A DNA stretch of 28,105 bases from a virus (taxonomy: Duplodnaviria; Caudoviricetes), in the IMG/VR virus record IMGVR_UViG_3300005805_000360, positions 1 to 28,105 of that record; one strand, given 5' to 3'. Shown here in pieces: positions 7,661 to 15,250 of the stretch; the stretch's first letter is position 1, and each line of letters begins with the position of its first letter. The notes beneath the pieces were generated by a model. That model did no database searches and was not told the origin of the DNA. It saw only the letters and a list, made by a program, of their open reading frames with translations. The position numbers and the translations under genes are program-made.

Positions 7661-7879
7661 TTATTTGTTTTTCGTTTGATTATTCAGCTCGAGCAACTTC
7701 AGTACCTGTCCAGATGTTTCTTCTACTTCCCACGCAACACCAGTAGAACCATAAATGAAAGTCGTCAAACTTCCGCCTGGAGTTTTTGACCATTCGTAGA
7801 CTGCAAGGATACAGTCAGCCTTAATCCAAATAGGATCGCCCTTATATTGCTCAACGGTGTTTGTTAATTTTAAGAACAT
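7661..7879 (-). CDS. Small protein resembling the FlbD/SwrD family
   Basis: MFLKLT...IWIKADCILAVYE...T.I...G..WEVEETSGQVLKLL follows the FlbD pattern; start at ATG 7879. Confidence 0.45.
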   Translation of the reverse strand: MFLKLTNTVEQYKGDPIWIKADCILAVYEWSKTPGGSLTTFIYGSTGVAWEVEETSGQVLKLLELNNQTKNK

Positions 7880-8406
7880 GTGAACCAATCTGGTACTGGC
7901 CGATTCGTCCATTTTGCGAATCGCGCCTTATGATTTATATAGTAAGCGCGATAGCCGTCTACAGGACTTTCGCGCTTACAATCTTCTGGCATCGCCTGAG
8001 GGAACTGAGTCAGTGGACCGAAGCTGATATTCCTCGGAGGCTTAGACAACAGATCAAACAGTTCGCCGCACTTGTGTTGTTTGCCATAACGATATGTGTA
8101 TTCTTTCAGAAGAGCAGCAAGCAAACACACAGACCAGTTGTAGTTGTTGTTCGTTTGCATCGACCACTGAGTGCAAGGATGATTGACATGAGTCGCCTGA
8201 TACAACGAATCATTGCGCTCATCAGTCAGAGTCCATCGCTTGACATTGCGACCTGTCTTAGACTTACCCAAGACTTCAGCGCCATCGATGATACGATGGG
8301 CCGAGGAAAGCATCTGTGCTTCCTCGAGAATCATCTTGACGACATGTTTGTCGCAGTGCTGTTGTGCAGCTGCGATTGGATCTTTATCCAGGATGAATCT
8401 GTTCAT
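7870..8406 (-). CDS. Pyrimidine-dimer DNA glycosylase (DenV/endonuclease V superfamily)-like protein
   Basis: MNRFILDKDP..AAQQHCDKHVVKMILEEAQMLS, YQATHVNHPC, EYTYRYGKQH, PQAMP motifs. Confidence 0.8.
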   Translation of the reverse strand: MNRFILDKDPIAAAQQHCDKHVVKMILEEAQMLSSAHRIIDGAEVLGKSKTGRNVKRWTLTDERNDSLYQATHVNHPCTQWSMQTNNNYNWSVCLLAALLKEYTYRYGKQHKCGELFDLLSKPPRNISFGPLTQFPQAMPEDCKRESPVDGYRAYYINHKARFAKWTNRPVPDWFTCS

Positions 8407-8609
8407 GCGAGCTCTTCTTCGTCGATTTCAGTTTCCCAGTATCTGCAGTAGAAACTGCTTTTCAGCTTATCAATTTCCCACTGAGGATAACCTTGCTCAA
8501 GAAGCCATTCAAGACCGCGCCCTTGTGCTTCTTTCGGTATGATTTTTGGGAATCCATACTTCCAGCCAGAAGGCGGATCGATCATCGTCACTTTCACTTT
8601 AGCCATCAC
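8403..8609 (-). CDS. Hypothetical phage protein
   Basis: 68-aa ORF (MIDPPSGWKYGFPK) overlapping its neighbours by 4 nt. Confidence 0.75.
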   Translation of the reverse strand: MMAKVKVTMIDPPSGWKYGFPKIIPKEAQGRGLEWLLEQGYPQWEIDKLKSSFYCRYWETEIDEEELA

Positions 8610-8842
8610 ATTACTCCGTAGTGCTGAAACAGACCAGCAACATATATTATAGTCACTACAACTTGAATTGTCAAGAGCGAATATTTACGCCACATCCACC
8701 CAACAACAAACCAACCCAGATTTCCAACTAGGGAAAAGTAGATGTTCAGTGGGTAGATGTTCCATGCGGTAAGTCCGACCCCAATAATCAAGATGGCTGT
8801 CGAAATCCATTCCGTCCATAATTCCGTCGATTTGCTTACCAA
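8606..8842 (-). CDS. Small multi-pass membrane protein
   Basis: Three hydrophobic segments (WISTAILIIGVGLTAW, YPLNIYFSLVGNLGWFVVG, LLTIQVVVTIIYVAGLF); probable TTG start at 8842 after AGGAG. Confidence 0.7.
   Translation of the reverse strand: MVSKSTELWTEWISTAILIIGVGLTAWNIYPLNIYFSLVGNLGWFVVGWMWRKYSLLTIQVVVTIIYVAGLFQHYGVM
8646..8674 (-). promoter_or_regulatory. Perfect-consensus sigma70 promoter inside a coding region
   Basis: TTGACA(8674-8669)-17 nt-TATAAT(8651-8646). Confidence 0.75.
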
Positions 8843-8985
8843 TGTCGAATGACTCCTGCGATGATAAAGAAGTTTGTGATAACGTAACACAACACAATAA
8901 CAGTTCTGATGATTGCCACATTGTCAGCTTCCCTATCATCGCTTCCGGATTTTTCTCCGAGAGATTTAGCCCACAGTCTCCACAT
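8836..8985 (-). CDS. 49-aa membrane protein (not in the ORF track)
   Basis: MWRLWAKSLGEKSGSDDREADNVAIIRTVIVLCYVITNFFIIAGVIRHW; fills the gap between neighbours and has one transmembrane segment. Confidence 0.75.
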   Translation of the reverse strand: MWRLWAKSLGEKSGSDDREADNVAIIRTVIVLCYVITNFFIIAGVIRHW

Positions 8986-9088
8986 TCAATCTCTCGTCCC
9001 AATATTCGACAACATCAGCCCAAGTTTTTGGGTCATATCCCGCATCGATCATATCGATGTTGATCATAATCTCAAGATCACTGTTCAT
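8966..9088 (-). CDS. 40-aa hypothetical protein (not in the ORF track)
   Basis: MNSDLEIMINIDMIDAGYDPKTWADVVEYWDERLNVETVG, preceded by GAGGA. Confidence 0.6.
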   Translation of the reverse strand: MNSDLEIMINIDMIDAGYDPKTWADVVEYWDERLNVETVG

Positions 9089-9323
9089 TAAAAAAATCCT
9101 CGGCTTCTTCGTATGTCATGAAATACTTCAGAGTCTTCTTGATAGCCTTACGATTTTTCTTATAGTCCTTAAGATCTTGCAGCTGAAATCCTTCGAGCGT
9201 ATCCAAGTCGTCCAACAAACTTTCGATATCTTCGTGAATTCTGATGTAAGAATCTTTTAGATTTTCAACAGTGATCTTATCAGCCATTTCGTGATCAAGA
9301 TCGAGAGAAAAATTCAAGCTCAT
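9078..9323 (-). CDS. Hypothetical protein
   Basis: 81-aa ORF with a GGAG RBS, tightly packed. Confidence 0.7.
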   Translation of the reverse strand: MSLNFSLDLDHEMADKITVENLKDSYIRIHEDIESLLDDLDTLEGFQLQDLKDYKKNRKAIKKTLKYFMTYEEAEDFFNEQ

Positions 9324-9469
9324 TTAACTTCTCCTTCAGTTTCTAACTGTTTGATGCGGATTCTTAGTTCTTCGTTTTCTTTTTCTAATCTAGAAATATC
9401 GAGAATGAATTTCTCAATTTCTTTTTCCAGACTATCGAGCATTTGTGCGTATGAATCTTTCAGTCTCAT
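9320..9469 (-). CDS. 49-aa coiled-coil protein (not in the ORF track)
   Basis: MRLKDSYAQMLDSLEKEIEKFILDISRLEKENEELRIRIKQLETEGEVK; ATGA overlaps at both ends. Confidence 0.7.
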   Translation of the reverse strand: MRLKDSYAQMLDSLEKEIEKFILDISRLEKENEELRIRIKQLETEGEVK

Positions 9470-9675
9470 GACATAATATCCACAACACGATTGCTCTGTT
9501 CACTCACTATACGTACCCGAGCTTGACGGCTTTCTCCAGAAAATCTATTCTTGAGTTGAAGCGCGCGAGGTGCATATATTTGAGCGTCGTTCTGAACGGA
9601 CCCTTCTGCATTAGTCCAATTTTGGATAACAGAAGAGCCATTCAATATCATATATTCGATTCTCACAGTATCCAT
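9466..9675 (-). CDS. Hypothetical protein
   Basis: Start MDTVRIEY after AGGAG; 69 aa. Confidence 0.6.
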   Translation of the reverse strand: MDTVRIEYMILNGSSVIQNWTNAEGSVQNDAQIYAPRALQLKNRFSGESRQARVRIVSEQSNRVVDIMS

Positions 9676-9676
9676 C

Positions 9677-9895
9677 TTACTTGTACTCCTGATAGTGATC
9701 ACTGACTTCTGGAGGATCGATATTGATCACTTCATTGTCTCTATCAACAACATTGATAGACATCCACTCACCATCATTGCGCTTGATTTGAATCTCGTAT
9801 CTGACTGCTTGCCACACTTTTTTAGGATTTTCATCATCACAATGACAATCAACCCAATCCCAGAAGTTAACTGCACGAATATCAGTAATCATCAC
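9677..9895 (-). CDS. Hypothetical protein
   Basis: 72-aa ORF with a GAGGA RBS. Confidence 0.65.
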   Translation of the reverse strand: MMITDIRAVNFWDWVDCHCDDENPKKVWQAVRYEIQIKRNDGEWMSINVVDRDNEVINIDPPEVSDHYQEYK

Positions 9896-10080
9896 TTATC
9901 CTCGCGATGATATTTTACGCTATCTCTAATAGACATACCAACACCCCACGTCACGATCATCAGCAATCCTACGACGATCATCTCTTGACCAACAAGCATC
10001 AGTAAAATCCAAAATACGAACACAACCAACATGATTGCGATCATACCATATGAAAATGCTATAAGGTGTTCTTTCATCAA
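9892..10080 (-). CDS. Small membrane protein
   Basis: Two hydrophobic helices in 62 aa. Confidence 0.65.
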   Translation of the reverse strand: MMKEHLIAFSYGMIAIMLVVFVFWILLMLVGQEMIVVGLLMIVTWGVGMSIRDSVKYHREDK

Positions 10081-10365
10081 TCAAAACTCTTTCCACGTAT
10101 ATGTCGAGCTTCGTGTCTTGAACCTCACAGTCCAATAACCTTCATCGTTGATATACTCCTGAAGGATTTCAGTGACAGGCGAAGTCTGCCACCAATCTTG
10201 GCCTGTGTATGTGCGAGCATTTAGCGAGCCGACACGAACACCACAACCAACACGAGGATATGTTACATCAGGAATTGGCTTGTAGCTTTCAGCATCAAGA
10301 ATTTCACACATAAGACCAGAGTCACCAACACCATCACTGTCACGCACCAATGAATATCTAGTCAT
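10081..10365 (-). CDS. Hypothetical phage protein
   Basis: Start MTRYSL; VRVGSLNARTY..QDWWQTSPVTEIL, VRFKTRSSTYTW. Confidence 0.75.
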   Translation of the reverse strand: MTRYSLVRDSDGVGDSGLMCEILDAESYKPIPDVTYPRVGCGVRVGSLNARTYTGQDWWQTSPVTEILQEYINDEGYWTVRFKTRSSTYTWKEF

Positions 10366-10523
10366 CACTTTTGCACACAAGTTGCGAGGGCGACAGTTGC
10401 CCATCTACTGTTAGATTTGACGGCATCCAAAGCAATCATACAGTTCTTTTCAGAGGTAAACTCTTGCGTGGTTACTGTTTGACCACCATTAATCGCTGAT
10501 ATAACAATCAAAACATACAGCAT
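10365..10523 (-). CDS. 52-aa protein with a hydrophobic N-terminus and two Cys (not in the ORF track)
   Basis: MLYVLIVISAINGGQTVTTQEFTSEKNCMIALDAVKSNSRWATVALATCVQK fills the gap exactly. Confidence 0.65.
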   Translation of the reverse strand: MLYVLIVISAINGGQTVTTQEFTSEKNCMIALDAVKSNSRWATVALATCVQK

Positions 10524-10527
10524 CACT

Positions 10528-10827
10528 TCACCACTCCGGTCCCGTTATCTTTTCGGTACGCTCATAGATATAACTGAAGTCTGCACCGTATGTAGGAATA
10601 ACCATCAGTTTCTCAGGCATACCATTCTGATCTTTATCGCCTAGTGTACCGTGAATAAAGAATGTACCAGGGTGTGTCTCAGGTGTCAACCGACGAAGGA
10701 TCGTTGTCTGCATATCACACTTCTTGGTGAGGCGCTCGATCTCGTCGGCGGCTTCTTGTTTAATTTTGTAGTCAGCAGCCGTTTGATACGCTGGACCGCG
10801 CAGCCGCTTCACAAGATCATCGCTCAT
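10528..10827 (-). CDS. Hypothetical protein with an N-terminal DLVKRLR...EAADEIERL module
   Basis: 99-aa ORF; N-terminus paralogous to the neighbouring gene. Confidence 0.75.
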   Translation of the reverse strand: MSDDLVKRLRGPAYQTAADYKIKQEAADEIERLTKKCDMQTTILRRLTPETHPGTFFIHGTLGDKDQNGMPEKLMVIPTYGADFSYIYERTEKITGPEW

Positions 10828-11024
10828 TGTCTGCTCTCTAGCTCGCGCATTTCGTAACCCAAATTCACAATTTCTTCTTCCAAGTATTCTATCCGCGCAT
10901 TCGCCTCAGCCAATTCCCGTTGCAGCTCCTCGATGCGATTGGCACACTCTTGCTTTATCTTAAATCCTGCAATCGTATCGTAGCCTTCTGCACGCAGCCG
11001 TTTCACAAGATCATTCATTTGCAT
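10824..11024 (-). CDS. Coiled-coil protein with a DLVKRLR module
   Basis: 66-aa ORF; DLVKRLR..GY.T.A..KIKQE.A..IE.L. Confidence 0.75.
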   Translation of the reverse strand: MQMNDLVKRLRAEGYDTIAGFKIKQECANRIEELQRELAEANARIEYLEEEIVNLGYEMRELESRQ

Positions 11025-11395
11025 TCCCTCACATGCTTACAATCTTTACGGAATCCGAAGCCAACGCAAGTACAACTCCACTGAGTATCATCGCGAGTGA
11101 CTGTGTATGTAGTTCCTGGCTTTGATCCATTGACTATGAACGACGCGCGATTGAGCTTCAGCTCACGCGGGAGCGCAAGACTGATATCAAGCCCAACAAT
11201 ACGATCACGATCGATCACACGAAACGGAAACTGCGAATCACCAGTCGAGACGCATATAGCATCACTGGCGATCCACTTAGGATTAGGAAGAATCTGACCT
11301 GTATACTCATTGATAGGATTGATTACGCCCGCAGCAAACACAGCAGCATTACGGGCGTCACGAACACGAATGGTAACCACTTCGCCTACATTCAT
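11015..11395 (-). CDS. SWIM-type zinc-finger protein
   Basis: C-terminal GSKPGTTYTVT...WSCTCVGFGFRKDCKH (CxC-x7-CxH); AGGAG RBS before ATG 11395. Confidence 0.75.
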   Translation of the reverse strand: MNVGEVVTIRVRDARNAAVFAAGVINPINEYTGQILPNPKWIASDAICVSTGDSQFPFRVIDRDRIVGLDISLALPRELKLNRASFIVNGSKPGTTYTVTRDDTQWSCTCVGFGFRKDCKHVRECK

Positions 11396-11418
11396 ACCCA
11401 ATCTCCTATCTATGACTT

Positions 11419-11447
11419 ATTATAGCTCACTCAGAGCTGGTTGTCAA
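11419..11447 (-). promoter_or_regulatory. Perfect-consensus sigma70 (early) promoter
   Basis: TTGACA(11447-11442)-17 nt-TATAAT(11424-11419). Confidence 0.85.
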
Positions 11448-11765
11448 GTCAGTAGCATCATGCTCATACAAGAACATCAGACAGCACATAGCGTGGGCTA
11501 AATGATTCTTACCGGTTTCAGGATCATTCTTTTCGCCAATTTTCCAAGCCCACAAATGACGTTGAAGTGCGTCAAAATAACGCCTCTTGGCGTCAGGTAC
11601 TTGTTTCCAATTATCACGTTCATACTTCTTAGCGCCTAGAGTGAGGACATCTACTGTAGCTGTAAGCGCGTTCGCAGGGAGCAATCCAAACTCTAACTTA
11701 TCGCCATCAAATTTCCTTCCACCAGTCGTGGCTATTTGCGACATTTTTACTGCATCATCACTCAA
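11427..11765 (-). CDS. DUF5664-type dATP/dGTP diphosphohydrolase domain protein
   Basis: GGRKFDGDKLEFGLLP, LTLGAKKYERDNWK, RYFDALQRHL, DPETGKNHLAHAMCCLMFL. Confidence 0.8.
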   Translation of the reverse strand: MSDDAVKMSQIATTGGRKFDGDKLEFGLLPANALTATVDVLTLGAKKYERDNWKQVPDAKRRYFDALQRHLWAWKIGEKNDPETGKNHLAHAMCCLMFLYEHDATDLTTSSE

Positions 11766-11992
11766 ATCAAATTCTCCATATTAGATCGTTCCACCAATTC
11801 ATCTGCTATCCGATAGAAATATTCCGCCATGTACTTAGATCCATGAGCACTCTCCCATGTTGTTAAGATGAGATCAAATACAGTAGACGTGACGTATCTA
11901 GCGTTGTCGCCAGGTGTTCCACAATCTACCGTATCCATAGTGCGGAATATGAAATCGAGAAAGTCTTTCTTAATTCGTTCTTCATCTGTCAT
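11762..11992 (-). CDS. Hypothetical protein
   Basis: 76-aa ORF coupled to its neighbours by 4-nt overlaps. Confidence 0.65.
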   Translation of the reverse strand: MTDEERIKKDFLDFIFRTMDTVDCGTPGDNARYVTSTVFDLILTTWESAHGSKYMAEYFYRIADELVERSNMENLI

Positions 11993-12204
11993 ACTGGCAT
12001 ACCAGCTTCAGATAGCATACGTTCAATTATTTTGCGGAACTCGTCAGGGCTCTCCAAGATATACGCCTGACGGATCTTGTATAGATCCGAATTTATTTCG
12101 CGATTATCGACGACTGTGAATTTACCACGACCTTCGATTTCATCGATCAGCTCATCGTCATCTAGTTCCCGAAGATCAAATTCCACATTCACGTATGCCA
12201 TCAC
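11989..12204 (-). CDS. Hypothetical acidic protein
   Basis: VNVEFDLRELDDDELIDEIEGRG; AGGAG RBS. Confidence 0.7.
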   Translation of the reverse strand: MMAYVNVEFDLRELDDDELIDEIEGRGKFTVVDNREINSDLYKIRQAYILESPDEFRKIIERMLSEAGMPV

Positions 12205-12217
12205 ATAATCTCCTATA

Positions 12218-12703
12218 CTATTCCGCTTCTCTCAGCGCGTCTTCTTCCCACTCAGCCATAGTCTCGCTGATAGAGAAAGTCGTGTCGATATCGACAGGAA
12301 TGTTTTCCGTAACCCATATCGAATCGCCTTCGATATCATAGAATTCTTCTATTCCATCAACGTATTTACCGCAGAAATTCATGCCGCACTCATAGAAATA
12401 CGCTTCAATGGTAAATCCGAGCGACTCGAGATGATTATAGAATCCGATAGGAGGACCCCATGCAGAATCGAACCATAGATTTAGTGGGCCCGATCCTTCG
12501 TCGAGATTATCGATCGCAGAGCTACACTCTACGTCCCATTTCGTACCCCAATTATCAGAGCACCAACCATATTCCCACTCGCCGTTAGGCGGAGGCATGA
12601 ACGTATCCATAGGATTCTTATCGACGAACGCTTGTGCGAGACGCCTAAGCTCGACTGGATTCTCGTGAGTGATCGTTGTATTGTTCTGGCACCAATTGGG
12701 CAT
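12218..12703 (-). CDS. DUF1281/Api92-like ferredoxin-fold protein
   Basis: MPNWCQN start, WCSDNWGTKWD, FDSAWGPP, FYECGMNFCG motifs. Confidence 0.75.
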   Translation of the reverse strand: MPNWCQNNTTITHENPVELRRLAQAFVDKNPMDTFMPPPNGEWEYGWCSDNWGTKWDVECSSAIDNLDEGSGPLNLWFDSAWGPPIGFYNHLESLGFTIEAYFYECGMNFCGKYVDGIEEFYDIEGDSIWVTENIPVDIDTTFSISETMAEWEEDALREAE

Positions 12704-12717
12704 TTGATGATCTCCGA

Positions 12718-12957
12718 TTAAGCGGCTTCGAGCATTTCGTTATGAACCATACGACAGTAATCAAACGCGACGTCTGCGGCCTGTCTGATATCACGGACAT
12801 CATAATCCGTGATTGTATCAATGTTACGATATCCACGTTCGCCGCGAAGCTCGAAGATATTGAACGTTGCGGAGCCGTTCCAGGCGATAGTAAAGCCCAA
12901 GTTCTCATCGGTGTGAACGATATAACCATAATTCTCGAGGATTTCATGAACAGTCAT
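12718..12957 (-). CDS. Hypothetical early protein
   Basis: Start MTVHEIL downstream of the 12983-13011 promoter and a GAAGGG RBS. Confidence 0.7.
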   Translation of the reverse strand: MTVHEILENYGYIVHTDENLGFTIAWNGSATFNIFELRGERGYRNIDTITDYDVRDIRQAADVAFDYCRMVHNEMLEAA

Positions 12958-12982
12958 TGGGTTTCCCTTCATCATATATTTC

Positions 12983-13011
12983 ATTGTAGCTGGCTTGGGG
13001 ACGATTGTCAA
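12983..13011 (-). promoter_or_regulatory. Sigma70-type early promoter
   Basis: TTGACA(13011-13006)-17 nt-TACAAT(12988-12983); the -35 box contains the upstream TGA stop. Confidence 0.8.
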
Positions 13012-13211
13012 GTGGAAGATTGACGCTGAAGCTTGAGCGTGAGATTAGCTAGATAACGCCCACAATCCTTATCGGCTAAGGCTGCGACTAAAAGCATATC
13101 GGGCGAGGTTTTGGTGATACGGCTTATGTGCTTAAGAACACCATCTAGCTGGGAATATTCGAGCTCCGGATAACGCATCAAGAAACCCTGCATCCTGCTT
13201 GCTAAGCGCAT
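13008..13211 (-). CDS. Hypothetical protein
   Basis: Start MRLASRMQ after AAGGA; 67 aa. Confidence 0.65.
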   Translation of the reverse strand: MRLASRMQGFLMRYPELEYSQLDGVLKHISRITKTSPDMLLVAALADKDCGRYLANLTLKLQRQSST

Positions 13212-13360
13212 TGAATAATTTCCTTCTTCTGGAGCTCTGACATAAGCCAATCGATCTTATCTTTGAATGCACGAGCTAGACCATACTCCTTATAGTCCAT
13301 GGCTAAGCCATAGTTCTCTTCCATATGATCCAGAGCGATACGGATTTGTTCAACAGTCAT
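13202..13360 (-). CDS. 52-aa hypothetical protein (not in the ORF track)
   Basis: MTVEQIRIALDHMEENYGLAMDYKEYGLARAFKDKIDWLMSELQKKEIIQCA, preceded by AGGAGG. Confidence 0.7.
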   Translation of the reverse strand: MTVEQIRIALDHMEENYGLAMDYKEYGLARAFKDKIDWLMSELQKKEIIQCA

Positions 13361-13363
13361 GGT

Positions 13364-13579
13364 CTAGTCCTCCTGCGCTTCGAGATGAAACGTGAATTCT
13401 TCTTCGTCTTCGAAGATATAAGAAATCGTCGATCCGTCCAGGATAAGAACGAATTTATCAGTATTGCAAATCATCGGATTTCCTGACGTAACCCCAGCGA
13501 AACTATCGAAGTCATACATATCGAAGGGTTCGAACGTGGACGTAGCAACGAGACGGAGAACTTGGGCTTCAGTGATCAT
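13364..13579 (-). CDS. Hypothetical acidic early protein
   Basis: Start MITEAQV after AAAGGA, downstream of the 13607-13635 promoter. Confidence 0.7.
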   Translation of the reverse strand: MITEAQVLRLVATSTFEPFDMYDFDSFAGVTSGNPMICNTDKFVLILDGSTISYIFEDEEEFTFHLEAQED

Positions 13580-13606
13580 TTCGTTTCCTTTCATCATCAT
13601 ATATTG

Positions 13607-13635
13607 ATTATAGCGCGAAAAGAGCTGATTGTCAA
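13607..13635 (-). promoter_or_regulatory. Perfect-consensus sigma70 (early) promoter
   Basis: TTGACA(13635-13630)-17 nt-TATAAT(13612-13607). Confidence 0.85.
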
Positions 13636-13638
13636 GGG

Positions 13639-13680
13639 TAGCAAAATCAGTGACTTAGGGATAAATCACTGATTTTGCTA
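13639..13680. repeat. Perfect 15-bp inverted repeat just upstream of a promoter
   Basis: TAGCAAAATCAGTGA (13639-13653) and TCACTGATTTTGCTA (13666-13680) with a 12-nt spacer. Confidence 0.9.
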
Positions 13681-13692
13681 GGAAAACTTTTT

Positions 13693-13986
13693 TTAGATTT
13701 TTAATAATTTTCGGGCGCGCTTGAACTCAGCTGTAGCTATAGCTAAGTTGAAGTCTTTGTGCTTATAGTGATAGTCAAGCTTACGTTCGATGATTTTTAT
13801 TATAGCTAAGATCGAGTATTTATCCGTAAAGCTAAGTTCACGATCGTGTAGCATAGCTTTAGCTTCAACTAGAGCTAGACTGTGTTCGACGTATTTAATA
13901 GTAGGGGAAAACTTACAAACCTTTACGATACGTTTTCCAGCGACTTGAACTTGAGTATAGCGCGATTTAAGCTGAACTATAGACAT
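13693..13986 (-). CDS. Hypothetical basic protein with its own promoter
   Basis: 97-aa ORF with an AGGGAG RBS, flanked by the 14017-14045 promoter and the inverted repeat. Confidence 0.7.
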   Translation of the reverse strand: MSIVQLKSRYTQVQVAGKRIVKVCKFSPTIKYVEHSLALVEAKAMLHDRELSFTDKYSILAIIKIIERKLDYHYKHKDFNLAIATAEFKRARKLLKI

Positions 13987-14016
13987 TTTTCAAACTCCCT
14001 GATATCCCTATTACTG

Positions 14017-14045
14017 ATTATAGGGGGTTAAGGAATAATTGTCAA
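14017..14045 (-). promoter_or_regulatory. Perfect-consensus sigma70 (early) promoter
   Basis: TTGACA(14045-14040)-17 nt-TATAAT(14022-14017). Confidence 0.85.
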
Positions 14046-14049
14046 GGCC

Positions 14050-14403
14050 TTATTTCTTAGGAGGTTTTTCGATCGCAAACTCAAGCCTAAGCCCGATTTG
14101 TTGCAGCACATTTTCGTGGGCCATTTTATGAAGTTCTTCTACCTTCGGCGCTTGTCCAATGAATTTATCGTTGGATTTGAACCACGCATAATACTGTCCA
14201 TGCTCTTTGATGATTTTCACGGGAATGTATGCGCGCTCGCTGCTGTCCCAATCTATAATGTCGTCAGAGGATACAGAGCTTATGTGTCCAACGTCTTCTG
14301 ATGTATCAACCCATCCAAAGAATCTTTTCATAGCCCAACGAGCAAGAACAATACCAGCAATCCAAGAGCAGGCTGAGATTAGTACGTATGTAAGATATTC
14401 CAT
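14050..14403 (-). CDS. Hypothetical protein with an N-terminal membrane anchor
   Basis: Hydrophobic N-terminus, then IPVKIIKEHGQYYAW...DKFIGQA; AAGGA RBS. Confidence 0.7.
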   Translation of the reverse strand: MEYLTYVLISACSWIAGIVLARWAMKRFFGWVDTSEDVGHISSVSSDDIIDWDSSERAYIPVKIIKEHGQYYAWFKSNDKFIGQAPKVEELHKMAHENVLQQIGLRLEFAIEKPPKK

Positions 14404-14413
14404 ATGTTTTCCT

Positions 14414-15250
14414 TTAGGACATAAATGATTCTAGAGTATTAGAGAACTGTGAGCTCTGATGAGCTTTCTGCCACTGGATGCGGACTTCCTTACGATTATC
14501 CATTCCCATCTTACCCCACGAGCCTTCTTTCGTTTCGATCGACACGAACTGTGGGAAATACTTTCTGAGTTCTTCTGCAGCTTGCTCTTGTAGTTCTAAT
14601 GTACGGAATGTGGAATTTCCTCCGACATTGTTGTGAACATAGTTGAAGAAGAAGTTATAGAGGATAGCGTTCTTATGCCCTTTGGTGAGCATAGAAAGAG
14701 TGATCCAATAGTCTTCGTACAACTTAATCTTCGGATTCGCGCGATACATCCCATCGAATCGGATATCAGCTTCTTCCATCCAGTCGGTGCGCAATCCGTA
14801 TGTCGTGTATGCTCGACCAACTTCCTTGAAGTCTTCACGAACGTGATTGTTCCCGCCACGAGCAGAAAACCCAACCTGCATGTAAGAGTCGAGCATCTTG
14901 TCTAATCTATCATACATCATCATGAATAGAGGTTCTGGCATATCGTTGTATTGCTTCAACTCTGTATCGCGCCAACCAAACGTAGCGAGATCGTCGATGA
15001 ACCAGACCTTTCCCTTTCCGATAGCAGGATGCTCAATACAACGTTGACGGATATCAGCAATCCCATCAATATCCATTGGATTACCAATGATTCGAATAGT
15101 TTCGGGGATATGCTTACGAAGTTCTTCTACACGATCCTCGCGTGTGAACATGTATACTTGATCATGAAGCGAAGCAGGAATCTGAAACACAGCTTTCTGC
15201 TTATCCTCGCGCATGAACGTTGTTATGATAATCTTAGGGGTTGAATTCAT
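14414..15250 (-). CDS. TET-associated-type (GREB1-like, GT-A fold) glycosyltransferase
   Basis: IIITTFMR start, GIADIRQ, acidic WFIDD motif, YEDYWITLSMLTKG, GGNSTFRT, L...FPQFV, EVRIQWQKA; lies downstream of a TET/JBP gene. Confidence 0.8.
   Translation of the reverse strand: MNSTPKIIITTFMREDKQKAVFQIPASLHDQVYMFTREDRVEELRKHIPETIRIIGNPMDIDGIADIRQRCIEHPAIGKGKVWFIDDLATFGWRDTELKQYNDMPEPLFMMMYDRLDKMLDSYMQVGFSARGGNNHVREDFKEVGRAYTTYGLRTDWMEEADIRFDGMYRANPKIKLYEDYWITLSMLTKGHKNAILYNFFFNYVHNNVGGNSTFRTLELQEQAAEELRKYFPQFVSIETKEGSWGKMGMDNRKEVRIQWQKAHQSSQFSNTLESFMS

Noticed and set aside
7861-8451. 196-aa plus-strand ORF
   Set aside because: Antisense to the DenV-like gene; the other short plus-strand ORFs were rejected for the same reason.
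8685-9002. 105-aa minus-strand ORF with an apparent CxxC
   Set aside because: It is an alternative frame across two better-supported genes (8836-8985 and 8606-8842).
11427-11765. 2-aminoadenine (Z-genome) pathway
   Set aside because: No purZ or HD-domain dATPase is recognisable in the window; this domain alone is insufficient.
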